Shown in pieces: positions 37,403-45,370 of a DNA stretch of 52,830 bases. Below the pieces are notes generated by a model that saw nothing but the letters and a program-made list of their open reading frames with translations, was not told the origin of the DNA and ran no database searches. Source of the DNA: Patescibacteria group bacterium (GTDB taxonomy: Bacteria > Patescibacteriota > Patescibacteriia > Patescibacteriales > UBA12465); NCBI GenBank assembly GCA_038245255.1, contig JBBRSQ010000002.1, forward strand, positions 1 to 52,830. The letters run 5' to 3'. How positions within the stretch are numbered: the first letter of the stretch is position 1; every line of letters starts with the position of its first letter. Both the position numbers and the translations under genes were made by a program.

Positions 37403-39415
37403 CTATTTAATTTCACCCTGCAGTCTTAATTTATTTATTTGATCTAAATAATATAAGGCTGAGGTGTTCTTTCTCTCTAACTTCAAAGCGTCTTTCCAAT
37501 AATCTTCCGCTAATTCATAATTACCTAGCTGCCACTCAACAAGGCCCATTTGGTTGTATATTCCCGGTAATCTATAGTCTTTTTTAAGTGCTAGTTTAAA
37601 ATAATCGACAGCGCTAAAAAGCGTTTGCCTATCCTTGCTACCTGCATAAAGTGAGCCCATGGAAGCAAGGACTAAGCCGTTCTCAGGATATTTAAATATT
37701 ACTTCTCTATAAATTTCTTCGGCCAAATCGGCATGATGAATTAAACTCGCAAAAGAAGCGAGATGAAGCTTTCCCGATAAATCAGAGTCGGCAGCAAGTA
37801 AGCGTAAGCGTTCTCTTATGGCCGCCTCACTCATTTCTAATTTCTTAACTAAGGCTGGGTCATTAATGGTTTTGTTTAAATAGGTGACACTATAGCGATC
37901 AAAATAAACTAATACCCAGTTACTATTTATAGTTTCACCCAGGAATTTTTGTGCCCACGGAGTAAAATCAGTATGTGAAAAATAAACAACTTTAAATTTA
38001 TATTCGGCACTATATTTTAACCAGGTCGCCTCGTCAGTTTGCATGGGGCGATAAATATTATTAAAAAAATCATTGCTATAAGCTTCGGGACGATTATCAA
38101 CAAATACCTTTTCTTGCGGATAGAGCCAGAAAATTAGCGAACTGCCTAAGTCGTAGTTATTAAAGATCGGACCCTGTAATTTATTATCCTGAAAAAATTT
38201 AATTGAGTCCTCACTCCCGACTCTGAGCCCCCAGCCCAGAGAATTTTTCATAAAATGATTTAATTTACTGGCGTCATAAACTAAATAAGGAATTCCTATA
38301 AATATAATCAGCAAAATTATGCCGGCCAGGTATAAGCGATATTTATTTCTAATTTCCGAACGTAAAAGATACACATTATCTTTTAAGTAATTAAGCGGAT
38401 ATCTTAAATTCACGCTAAGTAAAATAAGTGCTACTAGCGCAAAGATAGTTAAATTACGAACCGCAAATAGTGCTAAAAAAGAGAAAAAAACCCCAACAAA
38501 TATTTCAAATAAACTTACTTTCTTTGTGAAATAAAATTGAGCCACAAAAGATAAAATTAATAACAGTAATAGGATTTTAAAAATAGCAAAATTATAATTT
38601 ATCATTAAATGCTGTAAATAAAAGACTGATTTATTTTCAGCTATTTCGTAGGCATAATTATGAAAAATGTTAAAAGGGTAAACTAAGCCGCGAATAAAGT
38701 TGGGGTTAAATAAGCAGGCTAAAAATAATATTCCCAGTTTAATAAACCAGTGTCGTGAAGTCTCCCAAGCTTTAAAAAACCTTTGCTTAAAATTACCCTT
38801 AGTCGTCATAAATATTGGCAAGAACTCGGCCACTGACTTAAAACCGACTAAGGCCAGACCAATAAAAAAATAAATGTGAATATTTACCCAAAGAATAAAC
38901 AAGGGCACAAGCCAATAAAGAAATCGATAATTTTTTTTTTCACTTACATAATCTAAAATATACCAGGTCAAAATTATAAATAGGTAACTAAATGTCTCTG
39001 GTCTAACTTCAACCCGCTCACTCATTAGAAATATTACCGGGATAGACACTAAAGCGGGAATATAAAAACCAAGCTTTTTCTTGGCTAGATTAAAGGCCAA
39101 AACAAAGGTCGCCAAAATAAGAAGGACGTTTAGAATCGAAAGAGATTTAAAACCGCCGATTATATATACTCGATAATAAATAACGCCAGTCAACCAATGG
39201 TGATTTATAAAACGAGTATTAGGTTCTGTGTATGAGTATAAGTTTTTGAATAAAACTTGTGAATTTGACCAAATAATCTTTCCATTTTCAAGATGTCTTC
39301 CAAGATCGACAGAGGTAAATTCAATTTTTTGCGAAAAAATAATCAGCACTAATGCGAGTAGTCCAGTAAATATCAATAATTTTAAAAGCTTTTCAATTTT
39401 AAGCCGATTATCCAT
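37403..39415 (-). CDS. Polytopic membrane protein with C-terminal TPR repeats (TMTC/PMT-like GT-C architecture)
   Basis: N-terminal 500 aa or so with more than 10 TM segments (VDLGRHLENGK loop, ERVEVRPETFSYLF). The C-terminal 130 aa or so hold about three TPR-like repeats (YFKLALKKDYRLPGIYNQMGLVEWQLGNYELAEDYWKDALKLE). Confidence 0.5.
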   Translation of the reverse strand: MDNRLKIEKLLKLLIFTGLLALVLIIFSQKIEFTSVDLGRHLENGKIIWSNSQVLFKNLYSYTEPNTRFINHHWLTGVIYYRVYIIGGFKSLSILNVLLILATFVLAFNLAKKKLGFYIPALVSIPVIFLMSERVEVRPETFSYLFIILTWYILDYVSEKKNYRFLYWLVPLFILWVNIHIYFFIGLALVGFKSVAEFLPIFMTTKGNFKQRFFKAWETSRHWFIKLGILFLACLFNPNFIRGLVYPFNIFHNYAYEIAENKSVFYLQHLMINYNFAIFKILLLLLILSFVAQFYFTKKVSLFEIFVGVFFSFLALFAVRNLTIFALVALILLSVNLRYPLNYLKDNVYLLRSEIRNKYRLYLAGIILLIIFIGIPYLVYDASKLNHFMKNSLGWGLRVGSEDSIKFFQDNKLQGPIFNNYDLGSSLIFWLYPQEKVFVDNRPEAYSNDFFNNIYRPMQTDEATWLKYSAEYKFKVVYFSHTDFTPWAQKFLGETINSNWVLVYFDRYSVTYLNKTINDPALVKKLEMSEAAIRERLRLLAADSDLSGKLHLASFASLIHHADLAEEIYREVIFKYPENGLVLASMGSLYAGSKDRQTLFSAVDYFKLALKKDYRLPGIYNQMGLVEWQLGNYELAEDYWKDALKLERKNTSALYYLDQINKLRLQGEIK

Positions 39416-39520
39416 ATATTCTTACATTCTAGCATATTTTATAACTCCACAGTAAAAAGTCAGATAAAATAGTGCTTCCAGATAAGCCAAATATTTAATT
39501 CAATCAAAGAGATATAACTA

Positions 39521-39549
39521 TTGACATTTATTTTAATTAATGCTATAAA
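39521..39549 (+). promoter_or_regulatory. sigma70-type promoter of the orphan 96-aa unit
   Basis: (A)TTGACA-17 nt-TATAAA, about 55 nt upstream of the ATG at 39604. Confidence 0.5.
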
Positions 39550-39603
39550 TAGTCTACTGAAATTAGACATATTTTTTCTTGTTCTTTACTCAAAAAACGT
39601 TCC

Positions 39604-39894
39604 ATGGAAATTGTTAAACTCATTATTAATGAGGCAAAAATAATGAAAAGCATTATTATCGCCGCAAACCAATTAACCAATGCTGAATATGACTTTAAAA
39701 CTAAAGACATCTTTAAACGTAGAAATAAGGACAATCTTGAAAAAGAAATACTTAAATTCCGTGATGTAATTAAACGAAGTCCGCTCAGCGCAAAAAATGT
39801 TAAAATTATTTTAATTCTCAATAGTGTAAACACTTATAATTTCGCACGCGAGATTGTAATTAATTTCACTAAACAAGAAATCAAAGACTCCTGA
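39604..39894 (+). CDS. Orphan 96-aa hypothetical protein (stand-alone transcription unit)
   Basis: Flanked by its own promoter and a strong terminator on the + strand. The product is hydrophilic and Lys/Ile/Asn-rich with no recognisable motif. I prefer it over the hydrophobic mirror ORF 39543-39833 on the - strand. Confidence 0.4.
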   Translation: MEIVKLIINEAKIMKSIIIAANQLTNAEYDFKTKDIFKRRNKDNLEKEILKFRDVIKRSPLSAKNVKIILILNSVNTYNFAREIVINFTKQEIKDS

Positions 39895-39920
39895 GCTTAA
39901 CGGCAAACAGGAGTCTTTTT
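39883..39920 (+). terminator. Rho-independent terminator of the orphan unit
   Basis: AAAGACTCCTG-N14-CAGGAGTCTTT followed by TT. The stem includes the TGA stop. Confidence 0.8.
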
Positions 39921-39949
39921 ACTTGAAACACTGCAATATATTCTTGTCT

Positions 39950-40702
39950 TTATTCTTTTATTCGATTTGAAAGCTTGGTTAAGTCAGCGTAAATTCTTAA
40001 AGCCCAAGAAGCAATATATAATCTTTCAGCGCTGGGATCTTTCGGCGCTTTAGCAAAATCAATAAATACTCCGGCCGCATGCGGAAACTTTTCATATTTA
40101 TGCTGACGCATTAGTTCTTGTAAATGCTCGGAACTCACTCCCTCTCTTTCCGGCATCATTGCCTCTTGTTTTAAACGTAACGATTCCGGAAAATCTAAAT
40201 TATAATTAATATTAATTAACCTCATGGCAATTTTAATATCTGAAATTAATTTATTATGGTAACTTCGGCGTAAAGCATCCGAAGGGCCAATCGCTTCCTG
40301 ATATTTACTCATATCTTCATAATCAGCTAACTTCTGCAGTTGTAAATAATTTATCTGACTTAAATAAGACTTAACATCTTCTAAAATGTTAGCTAGATAA
40401 TTTAGGATTAAATCGCGTCTTTTTTCAATAAGCTTTAACTCTTCGGCATTGTCCTTAAATTCTGGCAAAAGGTCAGCTGAGCGAACCAGCTCTACAGTTT
40501 TAATAAAATCCTCACCGGCGGGGGTAAAAAGATCTCTTTTATTCTCGCTTTCAAAACTTTTCATTTTCGTATTTTTCACAACCACCTGATTTGATTCTTC
40601 TAAAACAATTGCCTTTATCTTCGCCTTCTCTTCAAGATCATCTGGATACATATCAGGATTTTTAGCCATGTCGCGAAAAAATTTATTTTGATTAAACATC
40701 AT
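39950..40702 (-). CDS. Hypothetical 250-aa soluble, apparently all-helical protein
   Basis: Long ORF with normal composition, no TM segment and no motif I recognise. Confidence 0.55.
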   Translation of the reverse strand: MMFNQNKFFRDMAKNPDMYPDDLEEKAKIKAIVLEESNQVVVKNTKMKSFESENKRDLFTPAGEDFIKTVELVRSADLLPEFKDNAEELKLIEKRRDLILNYLANILEDVKSYLSQINYLQLQKLADYEDMSKYQEAIGPSDALRRSYHNKLISDIKIAMRLININYNLDFPESLRLKQEAMMPEREGVSSEHLQELMRQHKYEKFPHAAGVFIDFAKAPKDPSAERLYIASWALRIYADLTKLSNRIKE

Positions 40703-40788
40703 ATATTCAAATATTTATAAATGCAATCTTATTTAATTCTAAGCTGTATTTAAATATTAGCTTGATAGTGATAGTAAATCAAGAAGAA

Positions 40789-40817
40789 TTGACAAAAAAC
40801 ATTAGAAATTATACAAT
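40789..40817 (+). promoter_or_regulatory. sigma70-type promoter of the HD-domain gene
   Basis: (A)TTGACA-17 nt-TACAAT. Confidence 0.5.
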
Positions 40818-40873
40818 CAAACATCAATTTAAATAGCTCGAACCTTAAAAATAAATAACGTAAATCCTTTAAC

Positions 40874-41467
40874 ATGAGAAAAATTAGTCAATTTCCCTTT
40901 AATTTTAAAGGCAAACATCGTTTCCTTGTTCTTAACATTATTAACACTTTATCAGAAACTCCCCGTACCGGGTTTAAAGATCGCGGCGTCGAGAAACCAG
41001 AATCTGTTTATGAACATACGGAAAGGGTCATTGATCTGGCAAAACGGTATTTCGGACACATTCCTGGTCTGATTAAAATGCTCAAAATTCATGATTGGGC
41101 GGAGCATGATAAAAAAGTCGGCGATCTTCGAACAGACCCATATTGCCCAAAAAATCATCGCTACACACGCGAAGAAAAATTTCAAATGGAACTTATGGCC
41201 ATGATGAACATTTGCAAAGATTTAGGAATCCCAGGCAAAGAAATATTTGAGCTCTGGTTAGAGTTTGAAGAAGGCGAAACTGAGCAGGCAAAAATTGCGC
41301 GTCAGCTCGACAAGCTTCAAGCAATTATGCAAGCGATTTATTATCAAAATCAAGGGCAACCGGTTGCGGCTCAAGAATTCGTAGATAATGACGGCGATAA
41401 AATAACGAATCCTGTCCTGAGAAAGTTACTTGAAAAAAGCATAATGAGTTTAAAAGCAAGCGTTTAA
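40874..41467 (+). CDS. HD-domain phosphohydrolase (YfbR-like 5'-deoxynucleotidase family)
   Basis: ESVYEHTERV, KIHDWAEHDKKVGDL, and EFEEGETEQAKIARQLDKLQAIMQA (HD_3-like pattern). Confidence 0.7.
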   Translation: MRKISQFPFNFKGKHRFLVLNIINTLSETPRTGFKDRGVEKPESVYEHTERVIDLAKRYFGHIPGLIKMLKIHDWAEHDKKVGDLRTDPYCPKNHRYTREEKFQMELMAMMNICKDLGIPGKEIFELWLEFEEGETEQAKIARQLDKLQAIMQAIYYQNQGQPVAAQEFVDNDGDKITNPVLRKLLEKSIMSLKASV

Positions 41468-41484
41468 ACAAACAAATAAAAAAC

Positions 41485-41513
41485 AAAGCATTAGTAATAA
41501 CTAATGCTTTTTT
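41485..41513 (+). terminator. Rho-independent terminator after the HD gene (A-run upstream, probably bidirectional)
   Basis: AAAGCATTAG-taataa-CTAATGCTTT followed by TTT. Confidence 0.75.
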
Positions 41514-41535
41514 ACTATGCAGAAATCAAAAAATT

Positions 41536-44088
41536 TTAGTATGAATGCTGTTTTTTGATTTGTTTGATGACTTCGAAAATTAAAGCTGAAAAAGAAGCAA
41601 AAATAAATGACCAAAACCAATCACTTAAAGTCAGCGAAGAAAAACTAAAAATATCTTTTAAAAATGGATTATAAATAGCCAAAACAAGGAAAGCTGCGGC
41701 TGTCCCAATTATTGGCCAAAGAAACCTGTTTTTTTTGCTAATATTTTTAAATATATTTTCTGTCCAAGAGCGATTTACTAAAACCATTAAAATATTGGAA
41801 ATTACTAAAGTAGTAAACACCAGCGCGCGAATACGACCACTTTCTAAACCAAAATGAAGACTAAGATAGTAAATTAAAAAGACAAATACTGAGATACTAA
41901 AACCTTGAATTAAACTAAAAATAAAATTAGACTTGTTCAAAATTGATTTTTTTGAATCCCGTGGTTTACGCGACATTAAACCAGCACTAGCCGGTTCCGC
42001 TTCAAACACAATCGAGCAAATCGGATCAACTAATAATTCTAAAAACATAATATGGGCCGGGAAAAATATTAAAGGCCAGCCCAAAATAATTGGCAGTAGA
42101 GAAAGAGCCGCAATGGGAATGTGCACGGCCACTAAATACACAACGGCCCGTTGTAAATTATCAAATATTTTTCGACCCTCCTTAACACCAGCCACTAAAG
42201 AAGCAAAATTATCATCTAATAAAATTATCCCAGCTGATTCACGGGCGACATCCGTTCCCTTTTTACCCATAGCAACGCCAATATCCGCTGCTTTAAGAGC
42301 CGGTCCATCATTTACCCCATCTCCAGTCATCACAACTATTTCAGCATTTTTTTTTAATACACTTATAATTTTTAATTTATACTCTGGCATCATTCGCGCA
42401 AAAACACTACTCCGCCTAATTCGTTTGGTTAATTCCTTAGAACTTAAATCAATAAAATCCTGACCAATCACTATTTCGTCGTAATTTTTAAGACCGATCT
42501 GACAGGCGACACTTCTGGCTGTTTCGGGATAATCACCGGTTATCATTTTTACATTTATTCCCGCCTGGTAACATTCTTTAATAGCTTCAATGGCAGACGG
42601 TCTAACCGGATCCACAAAGCCTAGCAGGCCCAGAAAAATTAATTCTTCATTATGTATATTAAAGTTTTTCTTTACGTTTGGAACTTGCGCCACGCCGATA
42701 ATTCTCAAACCATCTCTAGCCATTTCCTTGATCGCTTTTGTAATAATTTTTTTATCAAGTTCACTTAAATTACTTAAAGATACTATTAATTCAGGAGCTC
42801 CTTTTATGTAGGCGCTAGCCTTCCTCTCTATTTGCCAAACATTAGTAACTGCTAAAAAATCACTTGTTAGCGGATATTCACTCAATAATTCTAATGATTC
42901 ATAAATATCTTCATGAAATATCTGGCGACGTAAGTCTTTAATCGCCATCTCGAGAGGGTCAAAGGTTTGACGGTTACTAGCCAAGGAGGCTGCTTTGATT
43001 ATTAACTTTAGCGGTTCACTTTCTAACAAAGGTGACTTAGTTATTAAATCTTCGGAAATACTTAAAAACTTTTTTTCGGCAGCTAAATAAATTTTCACTA
43101 CCTTCATTTTATTTAAAGTAAGTGTACCGGTTTTATCTATACAAAGGACTGTTGCCGCCCCTAAACTTTCGACAACGCTCATTTTTCTTACTAATACTTT
43201 ATACTGCGCTAAGCGCCATGCGCCTATTGATAAAAAGATAGCCAAAACAACCGGAAGCTCTTCCGGTAAAATAGCCATGGCTAGAGTTATGCTTGCTAAA
43301 AGACTTGGAATCAAAGCATGTCTTGTAAAAATATTTAAACCAAAAACAAGCAAACACAAAAAAATAGCAATGATCAATATATATTGGACAAGGCTTGTAA
43401 AATTTTTTTGTAAAGTTGTCTTGCCTTGCTCAACTTCATTAAGAATTTTCCCGATTTTACCAATTTCTGTATTGACACCACAAGCTTTAACTAAAATAAT
43501 TCCTCTGCCGGAAGAAACGGTTGTGCCTGAATAAACAAAGGGGGACCCCTCTCCTTGCGGTCGCGCCATAGACAAGTTTTTATTCCCTTCTTTTTTAGTG
43601 ACCGGTAGGGATTCTCCTGTTAAAAGAGACTCATTGATAACTAATCCATGATTTGAAATAACGACAGAATCAGCTGGTATGTAGTCCCCCTCCTTCACAA
43701 AAACGAGGTCACCCAAAACAATTTCTCTACCCGGGATTTCATTTAACTTGCCATCGCGCCAAACAAATGCTCGCGGACTAGCCAATGACTTTAGTGCTTC
43801 TAGTGCTTTTTCTGTTTTATTCTCCTGATAAATGGAAATAAAAATAATAAATACAATTGAAATCATTAGAACAACAGACCCACTTAAATCTCCGGTAGCA
43901 ATATATATAGTAATACAAGCAATTAATAACAGAATCATCGGTTCTCGAAGAATGTCGAAGATTATTCTAAAAAGCGACCGCTTCTTTTCAGCTGGCAATT
44001 CATTGTAACCCTCTAAATCTAAACGCTGCTTTGCCTCAAGGCTAGACAAACCTTTAATATTACTTGGTAGAGAAATATTCATACACAT
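41536..44088 (-). CDS. Cation-transporting P-type ATPase, P2 (Ca2+-type)
   Basis: N-terminal cation-ATPase domain (LSSLEAKQRL..EGYNEL), TGESLPV, CIDKTGTLT, TM4 motif ILPEELP, TGDYPETA and TGDGVNDGPALKAADIG. A second in-frame ATG at 44082 is a possible true start. Confidence 0.85.
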   Translation of the reverse strand: MCMNISLPSNIKGLSSLEAKQRLDLEGYNELPAEKKRSLFRIIFDILREPMILLLIACITIYIATGDLSGSVVLMISIVFIIFISIYQENKTEKALEALKSLASPRAFVWRDGKLNEIPGREIVLGDLVFVKEGDYIPADSVVISNHGLVINESLLTGESLPVTKKEGNKNLSMARPQGEGSPFVYSGTTVSSGRGIILVKACGVNTEIGKIGKILNEVEQGKTTLQKNFTSLVQYILIIAIFLCLLVFGLNIFTRHALIPSLLASITLAMAILPEELPVVLAIFLSIGAWRLAQYKVLVRKMSVVESLGAATVLCIDKTGTLTLNKMKVVKIYLAAEKKFLSISEDLITKSPLLESEPLKLIIKAASLASNRQTFDPLEMAIKDLRRQIFHEDIYESLELLSEYPLTSDFLAVTNVWQIERKASAYIKGAPELIVSLSNLSELDKKIITKAIKEMARDGLRIIGVAQVPNVKKNFNIHNEELIFLGLLGFVDPVRPSAIEAIKECYQAGINVKMITGDYPETARSVACQIGLKNYDEIVIGQDFIDLSSKELTKRIRRSSVFARMMPEYKLKIISVLKKNAEIVVMTGDGVNDGPALKAADIGVAMGKKGTDVARESAGIILLDDNFASLVAGVKEGRKIFDNLQRAVVYLVAVHIPIAALSLLPIILGWPLIFFPAHIMFLELLVDPICSIVFEAEPASAGLMSRKPRDSKKSILNKSNFIFSLIQGFSISVFVFLIYYLSLHFGLESGRIRALVFTTLVISNILMVLVNRSWTENIFKNISKKNRFLWPIIGTAAAFLVLAIYNPFLKDIFSFSSLTLSDWFWSFIFASFSALIFEVIKQIKKQHSY

Positions 44089-44225
44089 TATTATATTGTA
44101 TACGCTTACAAATTTAAATAAATAAAATATTTAAAAAATTACTATTATTGATTTTTTAAACTTATTCTTAAATTATACCTTTATTTTATAGTAATTGTCA
44201 TTAAAAAAGTATTATCGACTTTAAT

Positions 44226-44262
44226 AAATAAAAAACCATTCTTCCAAAAGAAAAAATGGTTT
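44226..44262 (-). terminator. Rho-independent terminator after the 66-aa membrane protein gene
   Basis: Minus strand AAACCATT-N14-AATGGTTT followed by TTTaTTT. Confidence 0.55.
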
Positions 44263-44461
44263 ATACTATTTTCTGCTTGCAACTAAGTGTTTCTATTTCT
44301 TTGGATGTTAAAAGTCCAAATAAAATTAAGGAAGACAACATCAAAGTTGAGTAGAATGTGATAATCGTTTCCGCCACGGAAATTTGGCGTGGACTAACGC
44401 ATACCATTAGAACGGTAAACAGAATCGATACTACAGTTATTAAAAGAACTCTTTCTTTCAT
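44261..44461 (-). CDS. Small (66 aa) two-TM membrane protein, hypothetical
   Basis: Strong AGGAGGAG Shine-Dalgarno 7 nt upstream of the ATG. It has a consensus promoter and a terminator of its own. Confidence 0.55.
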   Translation of the reverse strand: MKERVLLITVVSILFTVLMVCVSPRQISVAETIITFYSTLMLSSLILFGLLTSKEIETLSCKQKIV

Positions 44462-44517
44462 GGTTTGACTCCTCCTATATTTAAAATGGTTAACAAATAC
44501 TATATCTTCTATAATAC

Positions 44518-44546
44518 ATTATACCATATATCTTCCTGTTTGTCAA
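44518..44546 (-). promoter_or_regulatory. Consensus sigma70 promoter
   Basis: Minus strand (A)TTGACA-17 nt-TATAAT. Confidence 0.65.
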
Positions 44547-44626
44547 TAGGCACATTGAAATATCAAAAAATACACTTTACCTCAACATTATGATATTTAT
44601 ATTTAAAATAAGCAAAATTTTATAAA

Positions 44627-44652
44627 TAAAAAAGGAGGTTTTTAGTCCTCCT
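44627..44652 (-). terminator. Rho-independent terminator after the 201-aa membrane protein gene
   Basis: Minus strand AGGAGG-actaaaaa-CCTCCT followed by TTTTT. Confidence 0.7.
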
Positions 44653-44685
44653 AATATTTTGGCCTTACTCTAACGCTTTTTATCC

Positions 44686-45291
44686 TCACCTCTTTTGCCA
44701 AAGATTTGCTTCTTCACCGATATAAATTGTAATGACCTGTTGTTTCCACTTTTTCCAATCTTCTAAAACAGGAAACAAAAAAGAAATACATTTATTACGA
44801 TGACCAGTCTTGTCCGGTTTTTTCCAATCCATTAACTCGGCTTCATCAATTAATATTGCCCGTTCATGAAAAAGATGACTGGTCTTAGTCAACTTAGTCA
44901 AAAGTAAATTTATGGCAATCCAGGCCAGATAAATATACCAATACCAGAAAGAAAGATGACCCAGGCCGAAAGCAAGAATAACAAGCGCTGTGGCGAAATA
45001 ACCGCGATAAGCAGATAAATCAACGCAATGTTCATTCTTAGTTCCATACAGAGCCATAATCTTAAAATATTTATTCGAATAATATATCGTTCCATAAATA
45101 AAATGGATGAAATACATTATGGCGGCAATTAGCAGTAGTGTCGCGGGAAAAACATTAGTTTGATTAATTATACTTAGGCCGCGTGTTTGCTGTGTCGGCC
45201 ATAAAATAACAAGCACTAAGATCGCGCTCAATAAAAAATAAGCGCAAGCCACTAAGGACTTCTTTTTTAAAACTTCTTTTGTTTTCATCAT
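44686..45291 (-). CDS. Hypothetical 4-TM membrane protein with a C-terminal cytoplasmic domain of about 60 aa
   Basis: Hydrophobic segments are visible in the translation. No motif recognised. Confidence 0.5.
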   Translation of the reverse strand: MMKTKEVLKKKSLVACAYFLLSAILVLVILWPTQQTRGLSIINQTNVFPATLLLIAAIMYFIHFIYGTIYYSNKYFKIMALYGTKNEHCVDLSAYRGYFATALVILAFGLGHLSFWYWYIYLAWIAINLLLTKLTKTSHLFHERAILIDEAELMDWKKPDKTGHRNKCISFLFPVLEDWKKWKQQVITIYIGEEANLWQKR

Positions 45292-45339
45292 TTCCGGGAT
45301 TTAGGTGAGTATATTATTTATTTTAAAGATCGATAAATT

Positions 45340-45368
45340 ATATTAAGATATTATTAATTTTTTGTCAA
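45340..45368 (-). promoter_or_regulatory. sigma70-type promoter
   Basis: Minus strand TTGACA-17 nt-TAATAT, just downstream of the eno stop. Confidence 0.45.
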
Positions 45369-45370
45369 TT

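Noticed and set aside
39543-39833. 96-aa - strand ORF mirroring the 39604-39894 + strand ORF.
   Set aside because: The promoter (39521-39549) and the strong terminator (39883-39920) are both oriented for the + strand. The minus product is a hydrophobic Leu/Ser/Ile-rich sequence typical of antisense frames. Doubt remains, so the locus is kept as a finding.
41933-42463. 176-aa ORF on the + strand inside the Ca-type P-type ATPase gene. Other ORFs antisense to that gene lie at 42590-42811 and 43277-43534.
   Set aside because: It lies fully within a confidently identified CDS on the opposite strand. Its composition is low-complexity with no motifs, which is typical of a shadow ORF.
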